IMG/VR virus record: IMGVR_UViG_3300020462_000001
Location: 1-64,000 of that record
Direction: 5' to 3' (one strand)
DNA from: a virus
DNA length: 64,000 nt
This document shows positions 54,692 to 64,000 of the stretch, piece after piece. Both the position numbers and the translations under genes were made by a program. The notes under the pieces were generated by a model. The model saw only the letters and a list, made by a program, of their open reading frames with translations. It did no database searches and was not told where the DNA came from. Positions within the stretch are counted from its first letter, which is position 1, and every line of letters begins with the position of its first letter.

Positions 54692-55357
54692 TCAACCGAA
54701 GGTAGAATCCGGTTCAAGTGCGATGTAATACGTCACGTCAATATTCTGATTAGTGAAACGAGAAAGGAGTTTAGATGATACAACTACATCATAGTTACCA
54801 GGTACAATCTTAAGGTTCTCTTCTTTGAAGTTGAATACAAACTCATCTTCTGTCTCACCAACAATGATAGAGAAGTCATTAGAAGTGTTATTCTTCTTGT
54901 CTCGTGCAACCAGTTTGATCACACCGTTCTCACCAATCACAGATACATCAGGAAGTTGATAGATCGATGATGCCTTCTTGAGTTTCTCAAGTTGTTGTGA
55001 GGACAACTCAAAGGACACATCCTCAGAGGGAAGAGTGATCTCCTTATCGGGGGGTGCAACGATCACAGAAGGATCTGCGAAGAAGTACTTAGACCTCATA
55101 CGACCTTCTTTGATGACGACATACTCATCATTAGTGAAGTCCAGTTCAGGACTTGCGTGAAGGGAGAGACCATTAAGGAATTGGTTCAGATCATAGATAC
55201 CAAAGTCCTTATCAAACTCTTCAGCAACGTTTGCCTCCACCAGAATGTTCTTCATCACAGAAATGGTACGAAGTTTGGTACCCTCTTTGAAGAGAATAGA
55301 TTGATTGATAGAAGAGAAGTTCTTCAGAAGATTTACAGTGGATTCAGAAAGTTTCAT
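54692..55357 (-). CDS. g45: Sliding clamp gp45
   Basis: LKNFSSINQS, FGIYDLNQFL, YYIALE. Confidence 0.96.
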   Translation of the reverse strand: MKLSESTVNLLKNFSSINQSILFKEGTKLRTISVMKNILVEANVAEEFDKDFGIYDLNQFLNGLSLHASPELDFTNDEYVVIKEGRMRSKYFFADPSVIVAPPDKEITLPSEDVSFELSSQQLEKLKKASSIYQLPDVSVIGENGVIKLVARDKKNNTSNDFSIIVGETEDEFVFNFKEENLKIVPGNYDVVVSSKLLSRFTNQNIDVTYYIALEPDSTFG

Positions 55358-55378
55358 AATTTGTTGTTTAGAGTTCGA

Positions 55379-55729
55379 TTATTGAGGGTATTGTTCAAGT
55401 TTTGCGTTTTTGTCGTTGAAGAACATTAGAAGAACAGCATAGTGGAGAATCTTTGTAATGTCACGTCGTGCTGTTCCTTTCTTATCATATCGTGATGCAT
55501 ACTTCAGGATGTTACTCCTACAGAATGCTTCACCATCACCACATGCTTCGATGAGATCTAGAGTTTGAATCTTACTCTCACCTGCTGAGTAGTGTTGATT
55601 GTATGTTCCTCTGATGTACTCAAGAAGTTCATTTACAATCTCCTCCTCATTATACTTAAGTTTCTTGTATACTGGAGCATTAGGGTCTCTGTTCCTCTCA
55701 GTATCATAATAGTGTTCAGAGTGTTCCAT
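55379..55729 (-). CDS. DUF3310-like conserved phage protein
   Basis: TYNQHY, FCRSNILKYASRYDKKG, DITKILHY. Confidence 0.8.
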   Translation of the reverse strand: MEHSEHYYDTERNRDPNAPVYKKLKYNEEEIVNELLEYIRGTYNQHYSAGESKIQTLDLIEACGDGEAFCRSNILKYASRYDKKGTARRDITKILHYAVLLMFFNDKNAKLEQYPQ

Positions 55730-55764
55730 AGTAAAGAAGGGGAGGTTTATCTCCCCATATTATA

Positions 55765-56871
55765 TCAGAAGTTTACCTTTCCTTCAACAGTTTCACCATT
55801 GTATTCTACAGTGAATGACTGTGACATCTCAAAGTCGATATCCACTTTATCATACAACTCAATGAATGACTGTTTGGTTTCATCATCGAAACGATTCAAA
55901 CAAACTTTGATTGCCTTGGTCTTATCACCAAAGATCTCATATGCTTTGACGATATGAACCAACCTACGGGTACTGATAACCTCTTCGATACCTCCATCGT
56001 TGAAGGTTTTACGAATGATATCAGCCCAATCAGCTAGGTGCTTACAGAACTTCTCATCCTTACATAGGATACCAAGGATCTTCTGTTCAGTAGCTGGTGA
56101 AGGATACTCTTGTTCAAGAGTGATACAGAACCTTTCAAGGAAGGCTTCATTCAATACATTGGTACCGATGAACCTACCATCATCAGATCCCTTACCCTTG
56201 GTGTTTGCTGTTGCAATTACAGTGAAACCATCTTTGGGTTTCACAAACTTACCAATCTTCTTGAGGAAGACACCCTTACCTTCAAGGATAGATTGGAGAC
56301 ACAAGATCTTATTGGATGCCAGGTCAACCTCATCTAGAAGCAACACTGCTCCACGTTCCAGAGCCTCGATGACTGGACCATTATGCCAAACAGTTTCACC
56401 ATTAACCAAACGGAAGCCACCAATAAGGTCATCCTCATCAGTCTCGATAGTAATGTTGACACGGATTAGTTCCCTCTTGAGTTGAGCACATGCCTGTTCA
56501 ACACCAAAGGTTTTACCGTTACCAGACAATCCAGTAATGAATGTAGGGTAGAATAGACCAGATTTAATAATCTTTTTGATATCATTGAAGTTACCGAATG
56601 GAACATATGATTGATCTTTGTCAGGTACTAGGTTCTCTTCAGTATGATTTTCTACAGCTGGAGTTTGATATGTTTCTTCTAATTCTTCTTTGATTTCTTG
56701 AACGGTGAGTTCCCATTTACCACGACCAGATTTATACTGATCGATTTTCTTAGTAACTGTTGGGTAAGAAGTACCATGCATCGCACACCAGGCCCGGATA
56801 TCACCTGTTCGTACAGTCTCACCATAAATGGATTGGAGAGATGATACAATGTATTCAGTGGAAAGTGTCAT
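55765..56871 (-). CDS. cobS: CobS/MoxR-like AAA+ ATPase
   Basis: GLSGNGKT, LLLDE, ATANTKG, AFLERF, STRRLV. Confidence 0.92.
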   Translation of the reverse strand: MTLSTEYIVSSLQSIYGETVRTGDIRAWCAMHGTSYPTVTKKIDQYKSGRGKWELTVQEIKEELEETYQTPAVENHTEENLVPDKDQSYVPFGNFNDIKKIIKSGLFYPTFITGLSGNGKTFGVEQACAQLKRELIRVNITIETDEDDLIGGFRLVNGETVWHNGPVIEALERGAVLLLDEVDLASNKILCLQSILEGKGVFLKKIGKFVKPKDGFTVIATANTKGKGSDDGRFIGTNVLNEAFLERFCITLEQEYPSPATEQKILGILCKDEKFCKHLADWADIIRKTFNDGGIEEVISTRRLVHIVKAYEIFGDKTKAIKVCLNRFDDETKQSFIELYDKVDIDFEMSQSFTVEYNGETVEGKVNF

Positions 56872-56894
56872 AATAAAGGGGTTCTACAATAATG

Positions 56895-56915
56895 AAGCAG
56901 TTTAGGGGTGAGTAA
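56895..56915 (-). promoter_or_regulatory. 21-bp motif TTACTCACCYCTAAAMTGCTT, copy upstream of cobS
   Basis: 19/21 identical to 59105-59125; both end 23 nt before an ATG. Confidence 0.75.
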
Positions 56916-57036
56916 CTTTAACTAGTTTCAGTTTAAGAGATTTGAGAGCCTGTTTACGGGCCTTAAGGACACCCTTACAAGTGCCCTTTGTTTTCTTCTC
57001 TTTACCTGAATTGTGTACCCAATTGGGTGTTGACAT
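56902..57036 (-). CDS. Small basic protein (44 aa)
   Basis: MSTPNWVHNSGKEKKTKGTCKGVLKARKQALKSLKLKLVKVTHP*. Confidence 0.7.
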   Translation of the reverse strand: MSTPNWVHNSGKEKKTKGTCKGVLKARKQALKSLKLKLVKVTHP

Positions 57037-57038
57037 GA

Positions 57039-59081
57039 CTAACAGACCAGATCCATGAATTGACTGAGAACTTTCTTATTTAGAGTTTTAGCTTTGAGTG
57101 ACTTCATAAATGATGATTTGATTTTGGATTTTGTTGCGTTGTTCTCAACTTCAAAGGTCGAATCACTATCGAGTGAATTCTGAATCATAACGAAGTATGC
57201 ATCGAATCCAGAGTCATTGATCCTATAACTCTTATCTTTACGAGCAACCTTAGATTGTTCCTCTGTAATGTATTGATACCTCTTCACAAAGGGAACAAAA
57301 TCTCTAGATGAGATGAGACGAATACCAATGAAGTTAGTATCAGGAAAGGTCTGTTTTAGATCCTTCAACATAACATCAGTGAACTTCCAGTATTCATAAT
57401 CAAGTTGGTAAGTGTGACCAGTTTTACGATTACGAAGGAAACCATTTGCTACACACGACCGAGGACACATGCTACCATTATAAGTACTATATCCAAAGTG
57501 ATTTAGTTGGTGAGCTTCACCATCAGTGAGAATAACACACTGAACCTTCTGGAGGTTATTCTCTTTCTTAAACTTAGGAATAATCGTGTGAAGGGCCACC
57601 ATTGATTCATTCAAAGGTGTACCAGACAAGTTAACCTGACCAGGAGGAGCATAAGAAACATAGTGACGGAAAGAATATGCAACTCTGAATAGATTCTTCA
57701 TCTGAGTCTCAAGTGTTTTCTTATTGACTTTGGAAGTCAACACATTCATGAATGAGAAGTCACTATCAATAGTAAAGTTACCTTCTATAAATTCATTATG
57801 AAAACTATCACGTTCGGTTTCTCTTACTCTGATGTTGTAGGAACTAGTGAAAGCATATACATCAAAGGGAATATTAACCTTACTACAGAACCAAACAAGG
57901 TTGTAAAGTTGTTTGATAGTACTCTCCATACAATCAGCCATAGAACCAGACCAATCTAAGACGAAGATCAATCCGTGATTCTTACCATCAGGAACGACAG
58001 ATACCTTCCTGAATAGATCTTCATTATACTTGTAAGTATGAAGTTTAGTACAATCAAGAACACCAGTTCGTGCTGTGGTTGTTCTAGCGTAAGCGTCAGC
58101 TGACTTCTTACACTCAAACTCTTTAACCAGATAACTCACTTCACGTTGTGCAGTTTTCTTAAAGTTGTTGTATATGGAATCAACATATTGAAATGTTCCT
58201 TCAGGATATGTTTTAAATTGAATCGTTATAGCATCATGAATATCTTTATTAGGATTAACAATCTTTTCATACTCTAACTTAGGGACTTCATAATACTCAT
58301 TACCACGACCTTCTCCAATTAAACCATTCAACTCAGATACATTCTCATTGAATATCTCATCAGTTGTAACTTCTGGTTCAGATTGTGTAACTTCTTCTCC
58401 AGATGAACTAGGATCGATATCAGTTTCTGTACTATCACCCTCACCTTCAGAATCACTATCTTCTTGTTCACCTTCTTTCTTTTCTTCTCCCTTCTGGTTA
58501 CCTTCAGTTGTATCATTAAGTTCTGGTTCTTGATTATTCAACTCATCCTTACAGAACTTGTAAATCTTTTCAGCTACATCTAACGCATCTTTGAATGATT
58601 CGCTCTCACCTACAAGATCAACAAGTTCTTGTTCTACTTCTGTAAAAGGAATCTTACTGAAGTTTCCAATCTTGTAGTGTAGATTGATACGATCAGCCAG
58701 ATTCATCTCACTGATATCAGTATCTTCAAGTTCAAAGAAATCAGATTCAGATAACTCTTCATATCCACGATAAAAAGATTTACATAATCCAGGAAACCTA
58801 CGTTTCATAAGTTTCTCAATCCTAGCATCTTCTGTGATATTCACAAAAGATCTAGGTATTCTTTTTTCCCAATCCCATTCATTAGGAGTATAAAGAGCGT
58901 GTCCTACTTCATGACCAACCAACATATCATATACAGTGTTAGAAGCTCTCTTCCACATTGGAAGTGTAAGAACTCTCTTCTCAACATCAAATGATGCTGT
59001 ACTTACATCACGATTCTCTACTACCAAATCTTCTGTAGCAAGGAGTTTAGCAAGTTGTGATTTGATCTCGTAATTAACCAT
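57039..59081 (-). CDS. CobT-like metallopeptidase/vWA protein
   Basis: HEVGH zincin motif, acidic linker, DWSGSM MIDAS, GTPL, LTDGE. Confidence 0.88.
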   Translation of the reverse strand: MVNYEIKSQLAKLLATEDLVVENRDVSTASFDVEKRVLTLPMWKRASNTVYDMLVGHEVGHALYTPNEWDWEKRIPRSFVNITEDARIEKLMKRRFPGLCKSFYRGYEELSESDFFELEDTDISEMNLADRINLHYKIGNFSKIPFTEVEQELVDLVGESESFKDALDVAEKIYKFCKDELNNQEPELNDTTEGNQKGEEKKEGEQEDSDSEGEGDSTETDIDPSSSGEEVTQSEPEVTTDEIFNENVSELNGLIGEGRGNEYYEVPKLEYEKIVNPNKDIHDAITIQFKTYPEGTFQYVDSIYNNFKKTAQREVSYLVKEFECKKSADAYARTTTARTGVLDCTKLHTYKYNEDLFRKVSVVPDGKNHGLIFVLDWSGSMADCMESTIKQLYNLVWFCSKVNIPFDVYAFTSSYNIRVRETERDSFHNEFIEGNFTIDSDFSFMNVLTSKVNKKTLETQMKNLFRVAYSFRHYVSYAPPGQVNLSGTPLNESMVALHTIIPKFKKENNLQKVQCVILTDGEAHQLNHFGYSTYNGSMCPRSCVANGFLRNRKTGHTYQLDYEYWKFTDVMLKDLKQTFPDTNFIGIRLISSRDFVPFVKRYQYITEEQSKVARKDKSYRINDSGFDAYFVMIQNSLDSDSTFEVENNATKSKIKSSFMKSLKAKTLNKKVLSQFMDLVC

Positions 59082-59104
59082 GGTGTAAGTGTCTCTCAGA
59101 TATA

Positions 59105-59125
59105 AAGCATTTTAGAGGTGAGTAA
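59105..59125 (-). promoter_or_regulatory. 21-bp motif, copy upstream of cobT-like gene
   Basis: See 56895-56915. Confidence 0.75.
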
Positions 59126-59230
59126 TATTATTTTTGAGAGGGTTCTATCAGTTTAGTAATTGGCACACCAAACCCCGACATTTCTGCCGGGGTTCTTAGG
59201 TAGGATTCTCCTTTTAAGTTTTTATAGAAA

Positions 59231-59398
59231 TTATGTTGTCAGAATGTACCTACAGAATCTTTTTGCTTCGTGATCAGGAATGTCGCACTCGGTAATACAT
59301 TGAAAGTATTCCGTCACTTGATCATAGCGTTCCTCCTCTGTGTTTTTCTCATCCCACTCCCAAGTTGCTAGCTCGTTACGTGATATCAAATTTTTCAT
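59231..59398 (-). CDS. Small Cys-containing cyanobacterial-type protein
   Basis: MKNLISRNEL...EYFQCITECD...KRFCRYIL; GAGG RBS. Confidence 0.75.
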   Translation of the reverse strand: MKNLISRNELATWEWDEKNTEEERYDQVTEYFQCITECDIPDHEAKRFCRYILTT

Positions 59399-59467
59399 GT
59401 TATAACCTCTCATGAGATTCTCATTATATAGTCAGGGTATCCTAACTTTATGAAGTTTTAGTATTCT

Positions 59468-61177
59468 TCATACTTTCCTTGAGAACCCTTTACACTTCTC
59501 AAACTTGACTACTTCTTGGAACTTATCTTCGAGTCCAGTTTTGTGAGAGATCACAAATATATTAGCATCTGTAATTTGATATCTAATAATCTTGAGGAAC
59601 TCATCAGTCCCAAATCCATCCAGTGAAGAATCGAAAACCTCATCAAGGATTAAGAGGTTAGTATTCACAGAGTTCTTGAACCTAGCAACCTCTCTCCATG
59701 TGAATAGAAGTGCCAAATCAATTCTCATCTTCTCCCCTTCACTGAATGAAGAGTATGAGAAGTCCTCATGAATGGGTGATTCAATTGTCTCATTAAATTC
59801 ATCATCAAGTTTGAAATTAATGTAGAACTCCATCATCTGGAGATACTTATTGACTGACTGATTGATCAGTGGAAGATACTTCTTAATAATTTTTGTCTTA
59901 ACTCCACCATCCTTCAGAAGGTTATATGTGAAATCATAATATGAAATATCTTCTCTCTTCTTTCCTAACTCCTCATATGTGTTTTGTAGCGATTCTCTGA
60001 AACCTTCAAGCTTCTGGTGTTCAGAATTTCTGTCTTCAAGTTGTGAGGTAAGTTTTTGAATTTCAGATTCATGTTGCCTGATCTGTCTTTGACAACTAGA
60101 GATCTTAGTGTTGTTAGAAGTAATGTCATTAAGTAAGTTACTTATGTCTCCTGAAATAGATTTGAAGTGAGACTCTCTGTTTTCTTCCTCTTTGATCACA
60201 TTTAAGAGTTTCTCGTACTCTTTCTGTAAATCCTTTGCTTTAAGTTGAGAGTCTTCGATTCTATTTAACCTAAACGATTCTTCAATGTGCTGATCACAGG
60301 TAGGACAAACCGCATTATCGTTAAAAAACTTATGATCTTTAACTAATGTAGAGATCTTCTGTGAGATCTTACCCTTAAAACTTCCATACTCACGAAGTTT
60401 CTTACTGGAATCAGAATATTCTTCAAGTTCTTTCTGAAGTTGTTCAAGTAATTGATTACTATTTGAAGACTCATGAATCAACTCATTCTCTTCTGATACA
60501 AGATCTGTAATCTTACTTTGTCTCTGTTTGATATCATCCTGACTTCTGTTTTCCAACTCATCAATAAAGTTCTTCTGCATCTCAACTTTATCACTGAGTG
60601 ATTCTTTCTTCAGTTCTAGAGTTCTAATATTTTCTCTCAACCCACGAATCTTATCTTTGATCAACACATTCATAGATGAGAAGATCTTAATGTCCAACAG
60701 ATCCTCAACCACCTCTCTCCTACTGGATGTAGGGAGTTGCATAAAGGGAACAAAGGTGGATGAACCTAGGATAACGATCTGTGTGAAACTCTTATAGTTC
60801 ATCTTCAGAACATTCTGTTCCAACCACTTCTGTTGATCATTAGCAGATGCCTTTTGATCTAACTCTTCACCATTACGCCAGATCTTAAATGTGTTAGGTT
60901 TGATTCCCCTCTCAACCTTCCACTCAACCTTATTCACATTGAACTCAATCTCAACTACCGTACCCTTATCATTGGTAGTATTGATGAGTTGATTCTTATT
61001 GATTTTACGAAATGCCTTTCCGTAGAGTGAAAAGCATAATGCATCAAGGATAGTGCTTTTCCCTGCCCCATTGGTTCCAATAATAAGAGTAGTTGAATCT
61101 TTGTTTAGTTCAACTTCGGTAAAGTGATTGCCGGTAGAAAGTAGGTTCTTCCAACGAATCTTTTCAAACAAAATCAT
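59468..61177 (-). CDS. g46: Recombination endonuclease subunit gp46 (Rad50-like)
   Basis: GTNGAGKS, CPTC hook, FSEGEK, LDEVFD, ISH. Confidence 0.97.
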   Translation of the reverse strand: MILFEKIRWKNLLSTGNHFTEVELNKDSTTLIIGTNGAGKSTILDALCFSLYGKAFRKINKNQLINTTNDKGTVVEIEFNVNKVEWKVERGIKPNTFKIWRNGEELDQKASANDQQKWLEQNVLKMNYKSFTQIVILGSSTFVPFMQLPTSSRREVVEDLLDIKIFSSMNVLIKDKIRGLRENIRTLELKKESLSDKVEMQKNFIDELENRSQDDIKQRQSKITDLVSEENELIHESSNSNQLLEQLQKELEEYSDSSKKLREYGSFKGKISQKISTLVKDHKFFNDNAVCPTCDQHIEESFRLNRIEDSQLKAKDLQKEYEKLLNVIKEEENRESHFKSISGDISNLLNDITSNNTKISSCQRQIRQHESEIQKLTSQLEDRNSEHQKLEGFRESLQNTYEELGKKREDISYYDFTYNLLKDGGVKTKIIKKYLPLINQSVNKYLQMMEFYINFKLDDEFNETIESPIHEDFSYSSFSEGEKMRIDLALLFTWREVARFKNSVNTNLLILDEVFDSSLDGFGTDEFLKIIRYQITDANIFVISHKTGLEDKFQEVVKFEKCKGFSRKV

Positions 61178-61436
61178 GAGCGTTATCAGGGGGAATCACA
61201 ACATCATTGGGGGTAATAACAGTATACCTATGTTCATGTAGTTCACATGTTCTTATCATAAGTTCGTCATCTATTTCCAAAACCTTAAGTTTTGGATAGT
61301 CGAGTAATTCGAGTTGCATGGCGTATCTAACAGCATCATCCTCTTGAGTAAAGATATAAAGAACTTGTTCCCCATCTTCATCAACAACAGAATATGCTCC
61401 ATCCTTCTCTTTACCTACAACTGTGATAATATACAT
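61164..61436 (-). CDS. Conserved cyanophage hypothetical protein
   Basis: GAYSV...F..EDDA.RYA...VIPP. Confidence 0.85.
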   Translation of the reverse strand: MYIITVVGKEKDGAYSVVDEDGEQVLYIFTQEDDAVRYAMQLELLDYPKLKVLEIDDELMIRTCELHEHRYTVITPNDVVIPPDNAHDFV

Positions 61437-62476
61437 CAGACAAGTTCACATGCTTCTTGGTATATCGATCTCATTACATTCTGAATACGTTCTGTATCCA
61501 AATCAGTCTCTGAATCGTTAATATATCTATCTAAGATAGAAAGTGTATCTTCTGATTCTTCAATCTCAAACTCTTCTGATTCTATCAGTTGGAAGTTCTC
61601 GATGATTTTAAGATCATGTACGCCAACAGAATAGAGTTTATCAATAAACTTTTCAAACTTAGTGATATTAGTTTTCTTCTTGACAATAACCTTGACAATC
61701 TTATTCTCATACTTTGTAACATCAAACATCTGATGATCCGTGTCTTCATAGTAGATGTTATGGAATAATTCGTATGGGTTATCGACCGGAGTATGATCTA
61801 GTGTCTCTGTATCAAAGATATGAAATCCTCTAGTATCATTCACATCATTCCAGAACATTTGATAGGGATTACCTAAGTAGAAGATCTTTCCGTCTGACGA
61901 TCTAGTGTGATAGTGTCCCGAGAAGACTTTCCTGTACTTCTCAAATAGTTGGCTGTCCATACCATTTTCCATGACGCAGCCACGATGAGCTCTGAATCCT
62001 GACAACTCAAGGTGCCCCATCGCACAAATGCAATTTGAATCTTTAATAGATTTGACGCTACTCTGATAATTTTGTTCATTAATCCATGGAATAAAGAGAA
62101 TTTCTAATCCACCCACATTCACTTCTGTTGTGGATGAATACACCTTAACATTATTATACTCTTTCAACAATAAGTCAACAGCGTTAATATCATTTGTGTT
62201 TTTGTAGTATGCATCATGATTACCTACCATGAGATGCATTGTGATTCCTCGTTCTTTAATAGGCTCAAAGACAACTCTCTTTGCCCATTCTAGTGAAGTG
62301 AAATCAATACCTTTACGGCTATCAAAGGCATCACCCATATGGATAATAGTATCAATGCCTTCACTATCAATAGTGGGGAAAAAGATGTCTCTATAAAACT
62401 TTTCAAAATAATCATGAAACAGTCTAGAACTTTTTCTGGCCCCATAATGAGTGTCCGTTATGATAGCAACTTTCAT
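61436..62476 (-). CDS. g47: Recombination endonuclease subunit gp47 (Mre11-like)
   Basis: TDTHYG, GDAFD, GNHD, GHLE, SGHYH. Confidence 0.97.
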   Translation of the reverse strand: MKVAIITDTHYGARKSSRLFHDYFEKFYRDIFFPTIDSEGIDTIIHMGDAFDSRKGIDFTSLEWAKRVVFEPIKERGITMHLMVGNHDAYYKNTNDINAVDLLLKEYNNVKVYSSTTEVNVGGLEILFIPWINEQNYQSSVKSIKDSNCICAMGHLELSGFRAHRGCVMENGMDSQLFEKYRKVFSGHYHTRSSDGKIFYLGNPYQMFWNDVNDTRGFHIFDTETLDHTPVDNPYELFHNIYYEDTDHQMFDVTKYENKIVKVIVKKKTNITKFEKFIDKLYSVGVHDLKIIENFQLIESEEFEIEESEDTLSILDRYINDSETDLDTERIQNVMRSIYQEACELV

Positions 62477-62480
62477 ATAA

Positions 62481-62987
62481 TCAGTATCTCAACTTAGAAT
62501 GCACTGCATCTTTAATTGAATTATACTCTGAGTAGTTTGAACTGTCAAGATCATTAGAATCAAAGACCTCATCAAAGTCGGTCTTCTCAAGAATCTTATT
62601 CTTAATCTCTAGTTGCTTCTTCTCCATAGAGATTCTACGAAGGAAGGCAAAGTAGATGATTTGTGTGAAGTATGCAAAGGGATTCTTTGACTTCTCAGGA
62701 CTGAAGTTATGAATATATCTTACACAATTCTCAATACCATCACAGATCATATCATCCTTGAACATGTAGTTCACAAAGTTAGGCTTATATGATAAGTGAT
62801 TAGCAATCTTAAGGAAACATTCTCCAATGTAACGAGGAATCTGTGGTTTAGGCTTATCGTTGAGTTTAGCTCTTTCTACTTCTGCAAAGTAGTTTTCAAG
62901 AGCATTAAGAAACTCTTTGTTGTTAACGTAATGCTCTGGTTTAGCTCTTTTTCTTGCCATTGTTCCATAGGGTTTTGCTACATTCAT
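62481..62987 (-). CDS. g55: Late-transcription sigma factor gp55
   Basis: HYVNNKEF, KPNFVNY, NPFAYFTQI, FLRRI; promoter TTGTTA-17-TATAAT upstream. Confidence 0.95.
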   Translation of the reverse strand: MNVAKPYGTMARKRAKPEHYVNNKEFLNALENYFAEVERAKLNDKPKPQIPRYIGECFLKIANHLSYKPNFVNYMFKDDMICDGIENCVRYIHNFSPEKSKNPFAYFTQIIYFAFLRRISMEKKQLEIKNKILEKTDFDEVFDSNDLDSSNYSEYNSIKDAVHSKLRY

Positions 62988-63028
62988 GTTCCATAATCAG
63001 TTTCAATTATTATACCTCATTATCAGGG

Positions 63029-63092
63029 ACTTAACAAACTTAGTCCATATGGGTAGAATAGGTTTGTGACCTTTGAAGGGATGGGCTTAGCT
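63029..63092 (+). repeat. 64-bp direct repeat copy 2 containing plus-strand promoter TTAACA-17-TAGAAT
   Basis: Matches 531-594. Confidence 0.95.
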
Positions 63093-63476
63093 AGACTTAA
63101 AGAGATTCTCTAAAGACTTCTTGGTATCCTCTACAGTACCCAAGTATCCCATTTCCCTGTTGAGTTCAGAATAATTACTCTTAAACATCTTACCAACATA
63201 GTCTTCATAGAAACAGATCATCTCCATTGAATCTGATTCAGAAATAGTTAATACATCATCCATATTAAGAATAAACATATCTTGAGAAGAAGTCTTTAAC
63301 CAAGGCTCCATCTTATAAGCCTGTCTACCTCTTGTCTTTATAAACTCAACTACAATCGGATTAGAAAGAATCAATACTGTTCTATCTTCCTCTTCTGATG
63401 CAGCCACCTTTGTGAATATCTCTTCTCCTGAATACTTTAGTTTAATTGTTGCGTAAAATTCCTCTTCTATACCCAT
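63087..63476 (-). CDS. Conserved cyanophage hypothetical protein
   Basis: FYATIKL.SGEEIF...EPWL...MGYLGTV. Confidence 0.85.
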   Translation of the reverse strand: MGIEEEFYATIKLKYSGEEIFTKVAASEEEDRTVLILSNPIVVEFIKTRGRQAYKMEPWLKTSSQDMFILNMDDVLTISESDSMEMICFYEDYVGKMFKSNYSELNREMGYLGTVEDTKKSLENLFKSS

Positions 63477-63487
63477 AGGTTAGTCTC

Positions 63488-64000
63488 CTAGTCTTTGATA
63501 TTGATTGATGTGATGTCATAATTGAATTGTTCTTGATTGTATATCTTCACTCGTTCAATGAAGTGATTCAATGTATAGTTCTTACGACTATTGAGAGTGG
63601 TATCATCTGCAATGTCATAAAGCTTTGCTTTCACTTTGTTCTTGCCTTTTCTAAGGACTCTACCAATAGACTGAAGATTACGAATCCTAGACTTAGATGG
63701 AGAGGCAAAGATTACATTATGTAGATTTTTAATATTGATTCCAGTACTGAATGTTCCGTAAGAAGCCACGATTATAGCGTTATTCTGTTCCTCAGTAATA
63801 CGCCTGACCTCTTCTCTATCCTCAGTATCTACACCACCATGAATAAAGAAGACCTTTCTGCCTTCCTTTACTTTGTTATTTATCTGGTCATAAAGTATAG
63901 CTCCATGAGATTCTACTCTTGCAAATAACACAAGAGTATTACCTTCCAGGTCTACAGCTAGATTGGATATGAAGTTTGTTCTTTTAGGATGACTAATCAA
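63488..64000 (-). CDS. uvsW: UvsW helicase, 3' part (runs off window end)
   Basis: ASYGTFSTGINI, LQSIGRVLRK, LYDIADD. Confidence 0.95.
   Translation of the reverse strand: MISHPKRTNFISNLAVDLEGNTLVLFARVESHGAILYDQINNKVKEGRKVFFIHGGVDTEDREEVRRITEEQNNAIIVASYGTFSTGINIKNLHNVIFASPSKSRIRNLQSIGRVLRKGKNKVKAKLYDIADDTTLNSRKNYTLNHFIERVKIYNQEQFNYDITSINIKD

Noticed and set aside
55765-56871. Cobalamin biosynthesis function for cobS
   Set aside because: The motifs only support a MoxR-like AAA+ ATPase paired with a vWA protein; no other cob genes in the window
59231-59398. CP12
   Set aside because: Lacks the AWD.VEEL and C-terminal CxxxPxxxxC motifs
1566-63724. Numerous antisense or off-frame ORFs in the track (e.g. 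3061-3474, 26125-26565, 47944-48411, 56000-56485)
   Set aside because: Shadow frames lying largely within well-supported genes or tRNAs

Overview
This 64 kb window is part of a T4-like marine cyanomyovirus genome (Kyanoviridae-type). The host is probably Synechococcus, judging from psbA, two hli genes, pstS and tRNAs for A-ending codons. Nearly all genes are on the minus strand. In order along the window: the 5' part of psbA with a structured leader; a block of small membrane/exported proteins; hli, pstS and an outer-membrane protein; a ~15 kb, 19-gene nucleotide-sugar/heptose/glycosyltransferase/methyltransferase island that also carries nadE; a modular tail fibre; three tRNAs; nrdAB and primase; a late-promoter cluster of probable capsid-internal proteins; a divergent sigma70-family factor; and the T4 replication/recombination core (g41, uvsX, split g43, regA, g62, g44, g45, cobS/cobT-like, g46, g47, g55, uvsW) with purM, purS and purC inserted. 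Most notable: (1) two large late proteins share a capsid-targeting-like propeptide and a ~45-aa N-terminal module but carry different enzymes, a Cas9-type HNH nuclease and a HIGH-family nucleotidyltransferase, suggesting a modular virion-delivered effector system; (2) the DNA polymerase is split into two genes around a purM cassette; (3) a sigma factor has rewritten DNA-recognition helices, and a 21-bp motif sits exactly 23 nt upstream of both cobT and cobS; (4) a 64-bp antisense-promoter unit is duplicated upstream of psbA and g55; (5) the island encodes parallel alpha- and beta-heptose pathways. All calls are from motif recognition by eye; no searches were run.
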